NCBI GenBank assembly: GCA_951406725.2
Contig: OX597838.1
Coordinates: 31,248,001 to 31,312,000 of the forward strand
Direction of reading: 5' to 3'
Length of the DNA stretch: 64,000 nt
From: Octopus vulgaris
Lineage: Eukaryota
Positions 24,080 through 37,098 of the stretch are shown here, piece after piece. The first letter of the stretch is position 1. Each line of letters starts with the position of its first letter. Made by a program: the position numbers and the translations under genes. Below the pieces are notes generated by a model. The model was not told the DNA's origin. It saw only the letters and a list, made by a program, of their open reading frames with translations, and ran no database searches.

Positions 24080-24416
24080 GCGCATGGCTCAGTGGTTAGA
24101 GCGTCGAGCTTATGATCGTGAGGTTGTGAGCTCGAATCCCGGACCGGGCTGCGTGTTGTGTTCTTGAGCAAAGCACTTTATTTCACGTTGCTCCAGTTCA
24201 CTCAGCTGTAGAAATGAGTTGCGACGTCACTGGTGCCAAGCTGTATCGACCTTTGTCTTTCCCTTGGATAACACTGGTGGTGTGGAGAGGGGAGGCTGGT
24301 ATGCATGGGCGACTGCTGGTCTTCCATAAACAACCTTGCCCGGACTTGTGTCTAGGAGGGTAACTTTCTAGGTGCAACCCCATGGTCATTCATGACCGAA
24401 GGGGGGTCTTTACCTT
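24080..24416 (+). mobile_element. full-length tRNA-derived SINE, family C
   Basis: tRNA-like head (tggctcagtggttagagc...gctcgaatccc), body and ctttaccttta tail; 12-bp TSD tactacactaag. Confidence 0.9.
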
Positions 24417-25341
24417 TACTACACTAAGAAAAGGTGCACAGTACCAGAATTTTCAACTCCAATACAACAAACCACTCCCAATTGTTAGAGTATCCATGCA
24501 AGTGGAATCAAGACTGGCCAGTTTAGTTGTAATATTGAAGTCAAACCAAAAGAGTGATTGTCAATCTAGTAAACCATTTACACAGTTTGTTTAAGAAAGA
24601 AGAAAGAAAACAAAAAAGAAATTTCTTTCCCTTTGAGAATCGACATATTTCAGTAAACATCAACCCCCTCCACAGGCAATATACCAAAATTTAAGACAGT
24701 CATTTCCTAGAATTAACAAAATGATGGGCAAAGTACTCTGTAATATTTAGTTCTACTGATTTACTATTCTCACGTCAAATCTCATTGAGGCACATGCCAA
24801 TAAAATTAAGAAAGAGATTTCACCTAATGCGATGCCCCACACACCCGCGCAAAAAGGTTTTGACCCTGTGCCACTGGTAGAAATAATAAAATATTTGGTA
24901 TACAATTAGATTCACTGCATCACAAACTTTTTACTTTTTGCTTATATACAAGGTCCCCCTCCTCCAATGCTCCCACCCCTCTCATAATTCCTTGTCTTGC
25001 AAGCTACGTGGTGACCCTGCCAGTGCTAGTGCTATGTAAAAAGCATCCAATCCACACTGTAAAGTGGTTGGCATTTGGAAGGTCATCCAGCTGTAAAAAT
25101 CACACCAAAACTGACCTTACCTGTGCTAGTGCCACACAAAAAGCACTAAGTCCACTCTGCAGAATGGTTGGCGTTAGGAAGGGCATCCAGCCATGAAAAC
25201 CCTGCCAAGATAGTTTTTCTACCTGGCTGACTCCTAATCGCACCGGATTAGTCGAATTCAGAGGCGTGACTTAAATTTATACAAACATATTGTAGATATT
25301 ACAAATAAGACATATAGTGGAGCCGCCACCACTGTACATAC

Positions 25342-25698
25342 CTTTGTTCATATCATCAGGATTACTACTTCCAATGTGGCCTGTAACAGTAGTAGTAGTA
25401 GTGTTGTTGTTACTACTACTACTACTGTTATTGTTACAACTGTTAGTCGTTGCTGATGTTGTTGTTGATTGTTGTTGTTGCTGTTGCTGTTGTTGTTGCT
25501 GTTGCTGGGACTGACTGGACAGTGGTTGGTTCGGTGCTGTAGACGACGTTACATTGCTGGTCGTACTACCAGATGTTTGATGTTCCGGAGTGGCTGGAGC
25601 TTGAGACATGTCAGATGATCGTGGAGTGCTGTGGTTACTTTTGCTGCAACTCATTTCAAATAATGACTTGTCTAGCGTTTGTTGGGCAAGATGAGGGC
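25342..25698 (-). CDS. MED13: MED13 exon (GPHLAQQTLDKSLF...polyQ/T/N/S...PDDMNK)
   Basis: Starts with the conserved LGP.L....LD.SL junction; open low-complexity frame; tttcag/gtatg; phase 1-1. Confidence 0.9.
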
Positions 25699-25859
25699 CT
25701 GAAAGAGCAGCAGCAACAACAATAATAATAATAAATAACAACAATAATAATAATAACAATAATAAAAGTACTAATAATAAACAGAGTAATAGAAGAAGGT
25801 TTGGTTTGGTTTAGTTTAGTAGATAAAGAGAATAGAAAGTGTCAGATAATTGACTTGAA

Positions 25860-26081
25860 CCCTTTTGATACCAACCCGGCCAAAACCGCCCCTGGCTCCG
25901 TAGTACAAATGTCTTACTTTCATAAGTATTGAATTAAAATCTTCCACCAAACCTTAGTCACAATTTGTGTTCCCAACACTAGCCTAATGATAACTAAGTT
26001 CTTTTGCTAAATTCCTTGTTATAATTAAAATTAATTGAATGAAACACAGAGTATCTCAAAATAAATACGGTAACAAAAGGG
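25860..26081. mobile_element. piggyBac-type MITE, family 2
   Basis: CCCTTTTGATACC...GGTAACAAAAGGG|TTAA. An older inverted copy lies at 53334-53550. Confidence 0.75.
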
Positions 26082-26248
26082 TTAAAGTCCCAAATGATGG
26101 AAAAAAAATCAATATGAGAGGTATAGGAAAAGTAGCAAAGTACCAAAATGTTGCAGTTTGTGGGGGTCAAATTGAAGCTAATAATTTCGTCACACAAACA
26201 ATGCTGATGCAAAAGAAAAGAAGAAAAAAAGAGAAAAAAAAAACTTAC

Positions 26249-26308
26249 CCAACTGGTGTTTACACACCCTAGCATACAGTCTTAATTTAGCAGCAACTGG
26301 AGATTCAC
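26249..26308 (-). CDS. MED13: MED13 60-nt exon (GESPVAAKLRLYARVCKHQLG)
   Basis: Conserved KL.LYA.VC...L motif; ttttctag/gtaag; phase 1-1; not in the ORF track. Confidence 0.93.
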
Positions 26309-26417
26309 CTAGAAAACAATAAAAGGAAAAAAATGTTAATGAATGAAAGAGACAAAAAAAAAAAAGGCTGTTGTAACAGTCATGGCTTTTCCAGTGATAA
26401 CATTTATATATCTAAAA

Positions 26418-26612
26418 CAGTGCTTTTCAAACTTTTTGCTGGAGCGGAACCCCAAGGAAACATTCCACTGGCTCGAGGAACCCCTGTGCAATAATTTAAG
26501 TCTTATGCACACATATCTGTACAGGAGAATTAAAAATTACTGCCAATTTTAGCATATAACTTCTTGCGGAACCCCTGCACTGTACTGGCGGAACCCTGGT
26601 TGAAAATCACTG
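26418..26612. mobile_element. hAT (Charlie-like) MITE
   Basis: TIRs CAGTGCTTTTCAA/TTGAAAATCACTG; perfect 8-bp TSD ATCTAAAA. Confidence 0.92.
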
Positions 26613-26842
26613 ATCTAAAAAGTCATAAGCAGTTTATGTATTTAAGTCTATATTTCCGATGCACATATAACATGACAGTCACTAGAATCGGTACAGTACA
26701 TAGAGATGGATGTGTAAGGAGAGATACTAGAATTGGTGAATTGGGAGGTTAGAGGTAAGGCTTGTCACATGGATGTGTAAATTCAAGTCTGCTGAAATGA
26801 ATGAGATTTGGAATGGTTTTGGAAAGAGCTGAAACCACTTAC

Positions 26843-27092
26843 CAATATAATTAAACCAGTCTTCTATAGGTTCATCAGCATATTTTTGGGCAGCAGAATG
26901 GCCTACCTTCAGAATGCCATCCCGAAGTACTTTGGTTATAGGGCTATGTCGGCCCAGCCGACACAGCTCGTATATTGTACTTAATTCTTTGAAAAAAAAC
27001 CTTGCATTCTTCACAATGTATTCATTATCTGGACAAACCACTACATAAGCGATATCACGAGGCTTCCCATATGGTTCAAGAAGAAGCTTGTC
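26843..27092 (-). CDS. MED13: MED13 exon (DKLLLEPYGKPRDIAYVVVCPDNE...FFKELSTIYELCRLGRHSPI...DWFNYI)
   Basis: Conserved LEPY...RDIAYVV.CP.NE and YE.CRLG.H.P motifs (MID-like region); canonical sites. Confidence 0.96.
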
Positions 27093-27889
27093 CTGAAATA
27101 AAGAAGGAATTGCAGTCAGGTGTATAACAAAAAAAAAAAAAAAAACAGAGAATGGCATGAAAATGGTTTGGTTAATTATTTCAGCCTAATTAACAATTCA
27201 TAAATTTGTAAAATTTCTTGATCATACAAATTCCTTTGTTTTCGTTTCTTCTTTTTTTGTTGTTTTCTGATGCCTTAATACCATGCTGTTATGAGGGATT
27301 TTAAAACTATTATTGATTGATTAACCTCATAAGTACTCCAATGACTCCATATCAGTTTCATGCTTCTGTCTATGGTGGTGGGCAGGAACTGCTGCTGCTT
27401 CCACCATGTTGTCATTTTAATGTCCACTTTTCCATACTTGCATGGTCAGGTGGAATTTGAGGATGAAGATTTTGTACAGCTGGATACCCTTCCTGCCACC
27501 AACCCTTCCTTGTTTCTTAGCAAAGTAACACTTCCTCATGGCCAGGCACATTAACACGGAAGATTGAAAATGAGCAATACTGCTTGCATGGTGGTGATAC
27601 TCAGTTAGGGGCTATCATGTGATGTCACGGCAAGGAGACACAAGCACAACGACCCTTATGCGCATGTGCGCACAAACTCACTCACACAGAGGCTTCTTTC
27701 AGTTTTTGTCTCTCAAATTCATTCACAAAACTTTGGTGACCCTAGAGCTATGCAAAAACTTGCCTAAGGGCAATGCAATGGGACTGAACCCAAAACCACA
27801 TGGTTAGGGAGCCAACTTCTAAGTCATACAGCCTCAGAGGGTCTTCAGCTGAACAAACTGAAGTAAACAGTGGGTTGTGTATTTAAAAT

Positions 27890-28145
27890 AAAATAAATAT
27901 GCCCTTTTAAAGCCTAACCAGGCTCATGGGCCAGGTTTCCCAGTTTCCGTAGCGTATGTGTTCCCAAGCTGGATGGGATGCCAGCCCATCGCAACGTTAC
28001 TCCTTTTTGCCAGCTGAGTAGACTGGAGCAACATGAAATGAAGTGTTTTGCTCAAGAACACAACGCGTCGCCCGGTCAAGGAATTGAAACCACAATCTTA
28101 CGATCATGATGCTGACACCCTAACCACTAAGCCATGCGCCTCCAC
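27890..28145 (-). mobile_element. tRNA-derived SINE, family C variant
   Basis: Head and core match 24080-24210 but the tail differs. Related decayed copies at 13500-13728, 35810-36080 and 37310-37605. Confidence 0.75.
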
Positions 28146-28615
28146 ATTGTGTATTTAACAAGACCAAAAACAAAACATGCTGCTGCTCCCCATACCAGAT
28201 CAACTTCCTAAATCTTTTGTTTTTCTCTTGACTGTTTCCCTCCCTCCACTAACACTTTACCTATTCTTCCTTTTCTCTCCAATGAGAGATTTTGCCCAAA
28301 GAATTTTCTTCTTCACCCATGTACAACTCATTCCACCCTTGAATTATTTCTATGACCAGATATTCCAGCTATGACCATCCCATTTTTTTATTTTTATTAT
28401 CATTTAGGTTCATTCTCTTTTTTTTTTTTTTAAACAGCTGAGTGAGATTTCATGGAGATTTGCTGTACTTTCTATGAGGTCAAGCAATGTATGTAACCTC
28501 ATTCATTTAGCTTTTGTCAAACCCTTAACACACAGATTTAAATGATCCAATAAGTTAACATGCCTGTATGGCAACATGCCCACCACAGCCTGGACATCAT
28601 AATTGTTCTACTTAC

Positions 28616-28713
28616 CCAATAAGGGAGTGCATATGGTGATACAGACAACCAGTCTTTATCATAGCCAACAAGAAATGAAGGAATTGGTTGGGGCTCAGAA
28701 TTCTCTTCTGTTC
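28616..28713 (-). CDS. MED13: MED13 exon ([33 protein letters not shown])
   Basis: Conserved EP.PIP..LVGYD.D...SP.ALPYW motif; canonical sites; not in the ORF track. Confidence 0.96.
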
Positions 28714-29059
28714 CTGAAATAAGATGACAATAAAAACATTAAATCAATATCTGCAGATATATCTCAGTTCGAATAACAATATAAATATATAATCAATATT
28801 TGTAATCAATAAAGAATGCTAGCATGCAGGAATAGAACTGTTTACAGCTCTCTTTCTTTCTCTCTCTCTCTCTCTCTGGTGGGGGGTAGGAGCAGTGAGT
28901 TCGCAGAATCATCAGAGCATTGAACAAAATACCTTACAGTATTTGTTCTGGCTCTTCCCTTTCTGAAATTGAAACCTCTGTCTCTGTCTGTGTGTCTGTG
29001 TGTGTGTGTCTGTGTGTGTGTGTGTGTGTGTGTGATGTGTGAGAGAGAGAGAGAGAGAT

Positions 29060-29435
29060 GGGGGTGGCAAAGCAGATGAACAACTCCAGAGAGCACCACA
29101 TGTACCCCTGTCAGACGTACTATCCTGCCTAGACATCTAATGCAGCAAACATTGGCATCGAACTGACTACATCATAGTCAGGAGATGGGGCAGAAGATGG
29201 GATGATGGGGTGCCAAAGGCCATATATGACACAGAAGGCTGGACAGACCACAAATTCATCCTCACAAAACTCCACAAATACGTCCAGCCGAGGTGGCAAC
29301 CACAAGGGAAGCTATCAAGCAAGTAACTAAACATCAGCCAATTGGCGTGTCACAATGTGAAACAGAACCTCTGAGAGGATCTGGACAGTAAGTTGAGCAA
29401 CCTGACATTGGTACAATGAGAGCAGAAGAGGACTG
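29060..29435 (+). mobile_element. decayed RTE-clade LINE fragment (APE endonuclease end)
   Basis: From 29144 reads SKHWHRTDYIIVRR...KAIYDTEGWTDHKFILTKL...QPRWQPQGK, resembling the RTE motif SKHWHLIDYVIVR...TKAM.GADCWTDHRLI.SKL...PQGK. Confidence 0.75.
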
Positions 29436-29454
29436 TCTGTCTGTCTGTCTCTCT

Positions 29455-29775
29455 TTTTTTTTCTCTAGTTTCAGCCATGCTGATGCACCGCCGTTTTGTG
29501 CTACACTGTTATTGCAAAGAACCTCGTCTAATATGTGGCGCTTGGTGAAGAATGGAGTTTGATATAGCTACTCTCATTTGCACCTCTTGCTGTGAGGTAG
29601 TTTCATCTGGGACTCTCGACAGGAAGATGTCCAGCATTGATTTAAAAACCGCTACATCTACTTTGTGCAAGTTCCTCAGACTCTTTGGGAGAATATTAAA
29701 AAGCTGTGGGCCCTTGAAACCCAGGCTGTTGCAGAAGCTGGTCCTGAAGCGTGATGGCATTGCTGGGATCTTTGT
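29455..29775 (-). mobile_element. 3' end of a CR1/L2-group LINE
   Basis: NSLGFKGPQLFNILPKSLRNL...FKSMLDIFLSRVPDE...SNSIL, followed by a short 3' UTR and an A-rich tail. Confidence 0.8.
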
Positions 29776-30870
29776 GTAAATATTTACATTCCACATCCTC
29801 CCACAAAAGTCTTTCAGCACAAAAACAGTGGCATTATGTTGGCATTCCCCAATAACAACTGATCCTGTGACACTGTGCTTTCAATTCCACCTTTGTCACT
29901 TTTTTGTCACTTGACTGCATCCATTCTGGGGAACATCTTAGAGGGTTCAATTAGACAAATCACAACCAGTACATCTTTCCTTTTTTATATTTATCTATTT
30001 TTGAAGTCTGGTAGTTATTCTATTGGTCTCTTTTGCTGAACCACTAAGTTACAGAATAAAATAAATCCCTGACTTAAAAACCAAATAAAGGCTCAATATG
30101 TATTCATCCAACTCACACAAGAATGAAACAAAAAAAAAAAAAGATATAAAATGAATTTATATCCACTAATTTTTACATAAATTATTTTAAAGTTTAAACG
30201 TTAAATTATTAAGAATTTCATCTCTACTACATTTCTAATTGTGTCTAATCTATTTTAATTCTATCTAAATTGTTTCATACTTATGGCTGCAATATTTACG
30301 ATCATGATAACGACCCATATTAATGACATTGGGGAAAATGTTGAATGACACAGCATCCAATTCCAACTTAAAAGAAAAATAATGCAAACAATATCAATCT
30401 GTTGGTCACCCTACTTTGTAATGGTTTTGTCATCTTATATTTATCAATATTAGGGACACTGTCAAGGACTTTTTTTGGCCTTCTCCTTACACTTTTATAT
30501 CAATTATTCTTGGGTTTATAATGAGGAGTTAGTTTTAGTAGAATCAATTGATTTAACAGCTGGATGGATGACTTCTCTTCAATTAACCATTCAAGTATGA
30601 GAAAGCCATAGAATGTGGTTTTTGTCCATAAAAGACAATCTGGTGCATACAGAGTTACATACCTTTGTTGCTCGCCATTCCATAACACAACTAAGCCTAT
30701 TAAGGTTTTATAACACTAACTCTGCTGTTATTACTGTAACACTTTATCCCTACAGTCATTACTCTTCATGCTCTGAGATAATAATCACAATAATCAAAAC
30801 AATGAGAATAATTTTAATGATACAAACCATAAATACTGTTATGTCTTTGTGTCTTATTATTTAATCAGAT

Positions 30871-31492
30871 GAAGGTGGCAAGCTCTGAAGAAGTTATCAT
30901 ACTCTGTGCAAAATGCTTAAGCGGCATTTTGTCTGTCTTTACGTCCAGAGTTCAAATTCTGTTATGGTCATCTTTACTTTTCGTCCTTTCGGGATCAGTT
31001 AAATTAATTACCAGTCAAGCACTGGGGGTCGATGTAACTGGCTAGCCCCTTCCCCCAAATTTCAGGTGTTGTACCGATAGCAGAAAAATTTTGTCAGATG
31101 GATTGGGTGGGGTCTATAATGTTTGTTGGCTCAGTTAGGGTAGTTGGTTTAATGGGATTGATGTCAGCAGCTATAGAAGGTAGACAATGAGTAAGGAAAG
31201 AATTCCAGGGACGTACAATTTAGGGGTGCATTAGAGATGACGAGAAAGAAAGACAGGTAGATAAATGAACCTGTGAGGAGAGATGGTCAGGCGAAATGCG
31301 TAGCCGTAATTCGTCTGTCGTTACGTTTTGAGTTCAAATTCTGCCGAGGTCGACTTTGCCTTTCATCCTTTCGGGGATCGATAAATTAAGTACCAGTTAC
31401 GCACTGGGGTCAATGTAATTGACTTAATACCTATGTCTGTCTTTGTTTGTCCCCTCTGTGTTTAGCCCCTTGTGGGTAATAAAGAAATAGGT
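30871..31492 (+). mobile_element. two family-A SINEs (old copy 30871-31085; 5'-truncated young copy 31289-31492)
   Basis: Both contain the family-A B box and core. Confidence 0.8.
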
Positions 31493-31552
31493 ATTTAGCT
31501 TGATAGTTCTGATGAGCAGAAGCCGTAGTAGCAGTGGAAGAGAGAAACAAGT

Positions 31553-31589
<37 letters not shown>

Positions 31590-31686
31590 GAGTGTGTGTG
31601 TGTGTGTGTGTCAGTGGTTGGAGAAATAAGAGAATAAAAGTATTGTTATGAAAAACAAGTGTGAAGGCAAGATGTGTTGGACTTAC

Positions 31687-31857
31687 CTCTGCCTGCCAGC
31701 TGATGGAAATCTTTCCAACTAAGAGGACCAGACAACTTATAAGTGTGCTCCCATAACCGCATGGTGCGTTTCTTCTGTATGGCATCTGACAATAAAGGCT
31801 GTAAGGATTTCAACAGGCGTAGGACGTCCTGCGAGTTCAGAGGTATTCTGTTGGCAC
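31687..31857 (-). CDS. MED13: MED13 exon ([36 protein letters not shown]...[14 protein letters not shown])
   Basis: Conserved [18 protein letters not shown] and GPL.W..FH..AGR motifs. Confidence 0.96.
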
Positions 31858-32040
31858 CTGTTAAAACCAAATTGAGAATTTGTTGAAACTGACTGTGATT
31901 TTCAGATATAAGCAGTAAAATAAAGTAGCAAACTAACTGTGCTTTGATGATAGTCATTTTAGTACAAAAGATCTCTCACTTTCTCTCATACACATACAAT
32001 AATGTGGATTATTGGAACTAGTTCATTTGACTTCATTAGT

Positions 32041-32278
32041 CATCATCATCATCATCGTTTAGCGTCCGTTTTCCATGCTAGCATGGGTTGGATGGTTCTA
32101 CTGGGGTCTGTGAAGCCAGAAGGCTTCATCAGGCCCAGTCAAATCTGGCAGTGTTTCTACGGCTGGATGCCCTTCCTAACGCCAACCACTCCGTGAGTGT
32201 AGTGGGTGCTTTTTACGTGCTACCCGCACAGGTGCCAGACAGAGCTGGCAAACGGCCACGAACGGATGGTGCTTTTTA
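32041..32278 (-). mobile_element. family-D retroposon
   Basis: Reverse complement of the 21593-21990 family. Further copies at 34764-35100(-), 46455-46585(+), 49563-49742(-), 53975-54150(+) and 60622-60893(-). Confidence 0.8.
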
Positions 32279-32661
32279 ATTGCCGTAATTAAAGTGAAAC
32301 TATCACGAGTCAAAACCAAGTTGCAGGAACAATTTGCCGGGAATTTATCTTCTACTTTACAGCAATAGTCACTTTAACAAAACATGATGACTAGAAATTC
32401 TGAAGCTATCTCACAATGTTTGATAATATAAACCTCATATAAAGATATGCTGCTGGAGACTATGGCAATTATACAAAGTAACACAAAGATTTGTATATTA
32501 GCAGTGTTCATACAATTGAAAAATGAACAAACTAGATACTATCTTGTACCAAACTGTTATGTAATCTGGAAAAGATAAATCTTCCTGGAGCAGACTGAAC
32601 AGTGCTGAAATGAAAAATGGGTTTTTTGTTTTTTTTAATTTATAACAAGTGGCAAACCTAC

Positions 32662-32787
32662 CTTGCAAGTAAGGCCATCTATGTAAACAGGAGGATTTTA
32701 TCTGTGGATCGTCTAGTTTTGAAGGTGAACAATTATCAGCAGCTAGACAGCCCTGCTGGAGAGCTGTGAAAGCAGCTTCATTGCTAT
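32662..32787 (-). CDS. MED13: MED13 exon (DSNEAAFTALQQG...KLDDPQIKSSCLHRWPYLQ)
   Basis: Conserved AL..G...DN....K.D....KSSCLH.W motif; cag/gtagg; phase 1-1. Confidence 0.93.
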
Positions 32788-35700
32788 CTGCAAGAGAAAT
32801 AAAAGTGAAAGTCTTAATATGGGAATTTTCTGTTGTATGTACACAAAGATTAAGAAACAATATCATAGAACTTTATTACTAGAAGTAAACAATATTATTG
32901 ACAGACACCTAAACAACACAACAAAACTATCATTTCCTAGTGAGAACAGTTGATACGAATAAACTCAACCAACATTCCTAGCCACTGAGAAAAGATGGCC
33001 ATTGGTACAGTGTATCACACATACAAGGGTAGTGCTTATAGATGTGTGTTCTTTAGACTATATGGTCATGTTGGACACTGGCTTCACACACACACACACA
33101 CACACACACGCACAAGATGGAGGGGAAACAGGGATATTTCTCTCTTTTAAATAGGAAAAGGTAATCTGAACTGTGCAATGATTGTGAATCCTCTGTGACT
33201 AAAAGAGAGAGTGACACAATGATAGACTACTTAACCTACAAAACTGTGTTGTTGTTGATGATGATGATAATAATGTGTTTAATTTATTTTATAGTAACTA
33301 CTGGAAATGGTTGGGAATGAAACTTCTCCCAATAGATGGGGCCAAAATTACTGGGGCTTCAAGTTACGCTTGTTGACATCTTGATGTAGATAAACAAATG
33401 TAGAATAACTGGACCAGAAAATGTGAGATCTTTCACATTAAGGACAAAGCATGACTTGATTTCATTTGTGTTTATGTAAGAGGATGCAAAGACAACTGAA
33501 TCTCCCTGTCAATGGTACTTGTGTTCAAGACTTCAAGGATATGACTTTATTTTCACAATGACATTGTAAGATAGGTGTGGTCAGTTTTAACATAAAACAG
33601 GTAGAATATTTAGGCCAGTTTAAAAGCTAAAGGGTCAAGGAAGACAGCGAGTGGTAAGGTAACCTTGGCACAGAAAGGTTAGGTATTACTGAGAAAATAT
33701 GTCTCCCAGCTTCAGAGAGTGAATTGTTGATGTCGGTGAGAAAGAGAACCAGAGATAGCGGACTGTTGAGCTAATTCTTACTTGACAGGATTAATTAGGA
33801 TGAAGAGAAAGAGTAATTATATCAATATTAGCAGCTACAACTGAGCAAACTGACAGAAAACTTTCTAATCCAGGTTGCTCTCACTGGGTGGAGACAGAAG
33901 GTATTCAGACTGCCATACCAGTCTTTTTTTTTTTTTTACATCAGGAGACTTTGCTATCAGGAGTAATAAATGTTTCCCTTTTGTGAAAATGTTCAAGGAC
34001 AAAAGATCACTGCTGGGCAATACAGGAAAACAGGATTGGTTCAATTGGAGGGTCAGCAATGAAAGAAAGGTATTCAAAGTGGTTATTTATAGTGGTCAAT
34101 TATCTACATTAACAAAGGAATGTTTACTGAATGCAGCAGTGAGCATCTAATTTTAGTGAAACTGTAGAATCAGAACTAGCGATGGACTGTGTCAACAAAT
34201 ACTAAGTATGAAAAGTTCACAAAACGGGATAAATTTTGGGGCTATAAAAAAGAAGACTAACATCCTCTCTCTGTCTCTCTCTCCAGTAAAGGGTTCTGTT
34301 CAAAATGATGGAGTAAATGTTCATATCTAATCTTGGGCATTTTTTCATTATAAACGCAGGGGGGGGGGGGATCACAATTCTATCACTAACAGCGATAAGA
34401 ATTCTATTAAATCCTTCCAATCTGTCAATTTCAGGCCATTATAAACCACCAACTTAACAAGTTCCAGTAATACAATTGATATTAATAAAATCTTGCTTGA
34501 ATTTTGAACCATTGATAATATAAGGCAGATTTTCCATGGTTGGATGTCCTTCCTGTTTACAAGCAAAGGAATAATAGTTCCCCCCTATGGTCAGATATGT
34601 CTTCGGCAGATTTTGGAAATGAACAGCTCAAACAAGTACACACACACACACACACATTTGGATATATAATGGGTTTTTCTCGGTTTCCATCTTCCAAATC
34701 CACTTACAAGGTTTTGGTCAGTCCAGAACTATAGTAGAAGAGACTTGCCTAAAGAACCACCCTTCATCATCATCGTCATTTAACGTCCATTTTCCATGCC
34801 GGCATGGGTTGGACGGTTTGACTGAGGGCTGGCAAGCCAAAAGGCTGCACCAAGCTCCAATCCAATCTGACAAAGTTTCTACAGTTGGATACCCTTCCTA
34901 ATGCCAACCACTCCAAGAGTGTAGTGGCTGCTTTTTACATGCCACCGGCATGAGGGCCAGTCAGGCAGTACTTGCATTAACCACATTTGAGTGGTGCTTT
35001 TTACATGCCACTGGCACGGGACCAGTAGGCTGGTACTGGCATCGATCACACTCAAATGGTGTTTTTTATGTGCCACCAGCACGGGAGCCAGTCAGGCAGC
35101 AGGAACCCGAGACCATGTAGTTGGAAAGCAAACTTCTCGATTACACAGCCGCACCTCTGCACATGCGCACACTTATATAGATGTGTGTGTGTGTGTGTGT
35201 AATGTTGATAATGTTTACTGCCAAGAGATAAAAGGAAAACATGATATTGTTCTCTCGCATAAGCAAAATCATAATTATATAATTAAGAAACTTCTTACAG
35301 GGCTGTACCCTCATCAGAGAGGTTGTACAAAACATCATCAATAGTATTAACATTCTTATTATCCTTTAAATCAGTGACATTTCACCCATTTTCAAAATTT
35401 AAAAAGAAAAAAAAAGATTAAAAAACCAGCCATTGAGAGAGGGGTCCTAACATATAGCTTCTAATTTCAAATGCCTAGTTTTACGTAAATGAGGCAAAAA
35501 AATTTTTTTAAACTTCCCAGAAGATAGGGAGTCAGTGTTTTGCTGGCAAACATCCCCTATATGATCTGTCACATATTCCCAACAGCAATGTAAAGTGAGG
35601 CATTATTTATCCCAGATACAATAAAATATCAGCAACAGATATGGACAAGACTGGATTGTCCAAGAGATTTCATTATCAACACTGCCGGTTCACTTCATTG

Positions 35701-36924
35701 TTTTGGAAGCTATCAATCTCATAAGCTCAATTTGGTGATGACCAGGTCAATTATTCAAATTACCTACCTAGCAATCAACAATTAAACAGTGAATATAGTG
35801 TATGTGTGATGATGGAATGTGGCCTAGTGGTGAGACTGTTGCACTCATAGACACAAGATTGTGGTTTCGATTCTCGGTTCAGGTGGTGCATTGTGTTCTT
35901 GAGCAATGACACTGCATTTCACAATGCTCCAGTTCACTCAGCTGTAAATGGGTGGACCCCCATGATAGGCTGGTGTCACATTCAGTGGGGAATGTTGTGC
36001 ACTTGGTCACCTATATGCCATGGAAACCGAGTAACTGGCCCCTCTGAGCTCTAAGGGCTCAGAGCTGTACTTTTACTTTACATAGCAAATCTGTGTGTGT
36101 AGGGAAACCTTGTACCACAATCTGTGACTGGTTGCAAATATTTCACTTGAAAAAACACAGCTTGGAATAATGGGTCAGAGAAAGTACCAATACAGAAGAG
36201 TAAGAGGAGGAGGAGGAGGAAGAAGAAGAAGAGTGAGAAAACCAAGAACAAACATGCAGCAAAATAAAATACAAAGGTTGTAGAAAGAGGTACGTGAGGA
36301 GACGAAGAAGAAAGAATAATGAAGTAGAGAGGAAGGTAGGGGGAGAGCAAGTAGTGGTGGCAACAAAAGAGAGTAAGGCAGAGCCAACAATATAATATAG
36401 CTGAGTTATTCAGTACAACAGATTAAAGTCAATCTTACAAGAGAGAGAAACGAATAGCACCCATTACAGCTCTAGGATGTTATAGAAATAAATATTTAAA
36501 AATCAATCTGATTGCTAACAAAGCAAACATGATAAGGAGATCAAAATGCTAGCAAGATATCTAATATACAAACACACACAAACACACATACACACACACA
36601 ATACATTCTTGTTTAATGAACAATAAAATATTTGTTAGCACTGTGTGCCTATTTAGAGTAATGTTAAAGGAAGCAGTTAGCGAGGGTGACATTTTGTACC
36701 GGTTTAACCAGAATGATAACTAAGACAGCCAGAATAAGATATTTATTCAGCTGTGAGATGGCCAACTTAAGCATTTATTTTTCCCCCCACTTTTAATTTT
36801 GTCTGTCATTCTTTCGAACACTCACATGAAAGTATTTCTCCAAAGAAGGATCAGCGATATGCAAATTAGTTACCAATGTTTGACTAAACTTGGATACAGA
36901 AATAAACAACAGAGTAACAATATA

Positions 36925-36964
<40 letters not shown>

Positions 36965-36969
<5 letters not shown>

Positions 36970-37098
36970 TCATAAATATTATTTATGAATTGTTTATAAA
37001 TTTAACTTAGTTTATAAATTGCCCTTATTTATGAATTGTTTATAAATTTAACCTAGTTTATAAATTGCCCTTATTTATGAATTGTTTATAAATTTAAC
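36965..37098. repeat. 46-bp AT-rich tandem repeat (~2.6 units) with a leading palindrome
   Basis: Units start at 36979, 37025 and 37071; acaattcataaat-att-atttatgaattgt hairpin at 36965-36993. Confidence 0.85.

Noticed and set aside
24080-24150. tRNA gene
   Set aside because: The A/B boxes continue into a SINE body and tail with a TSD. The same applies to the family-A and family-B heads.
33690-34400. old LINE RT fragment
   Set aside because: Only a vague resemblance across several frameshifts; not supportable without a translated search.
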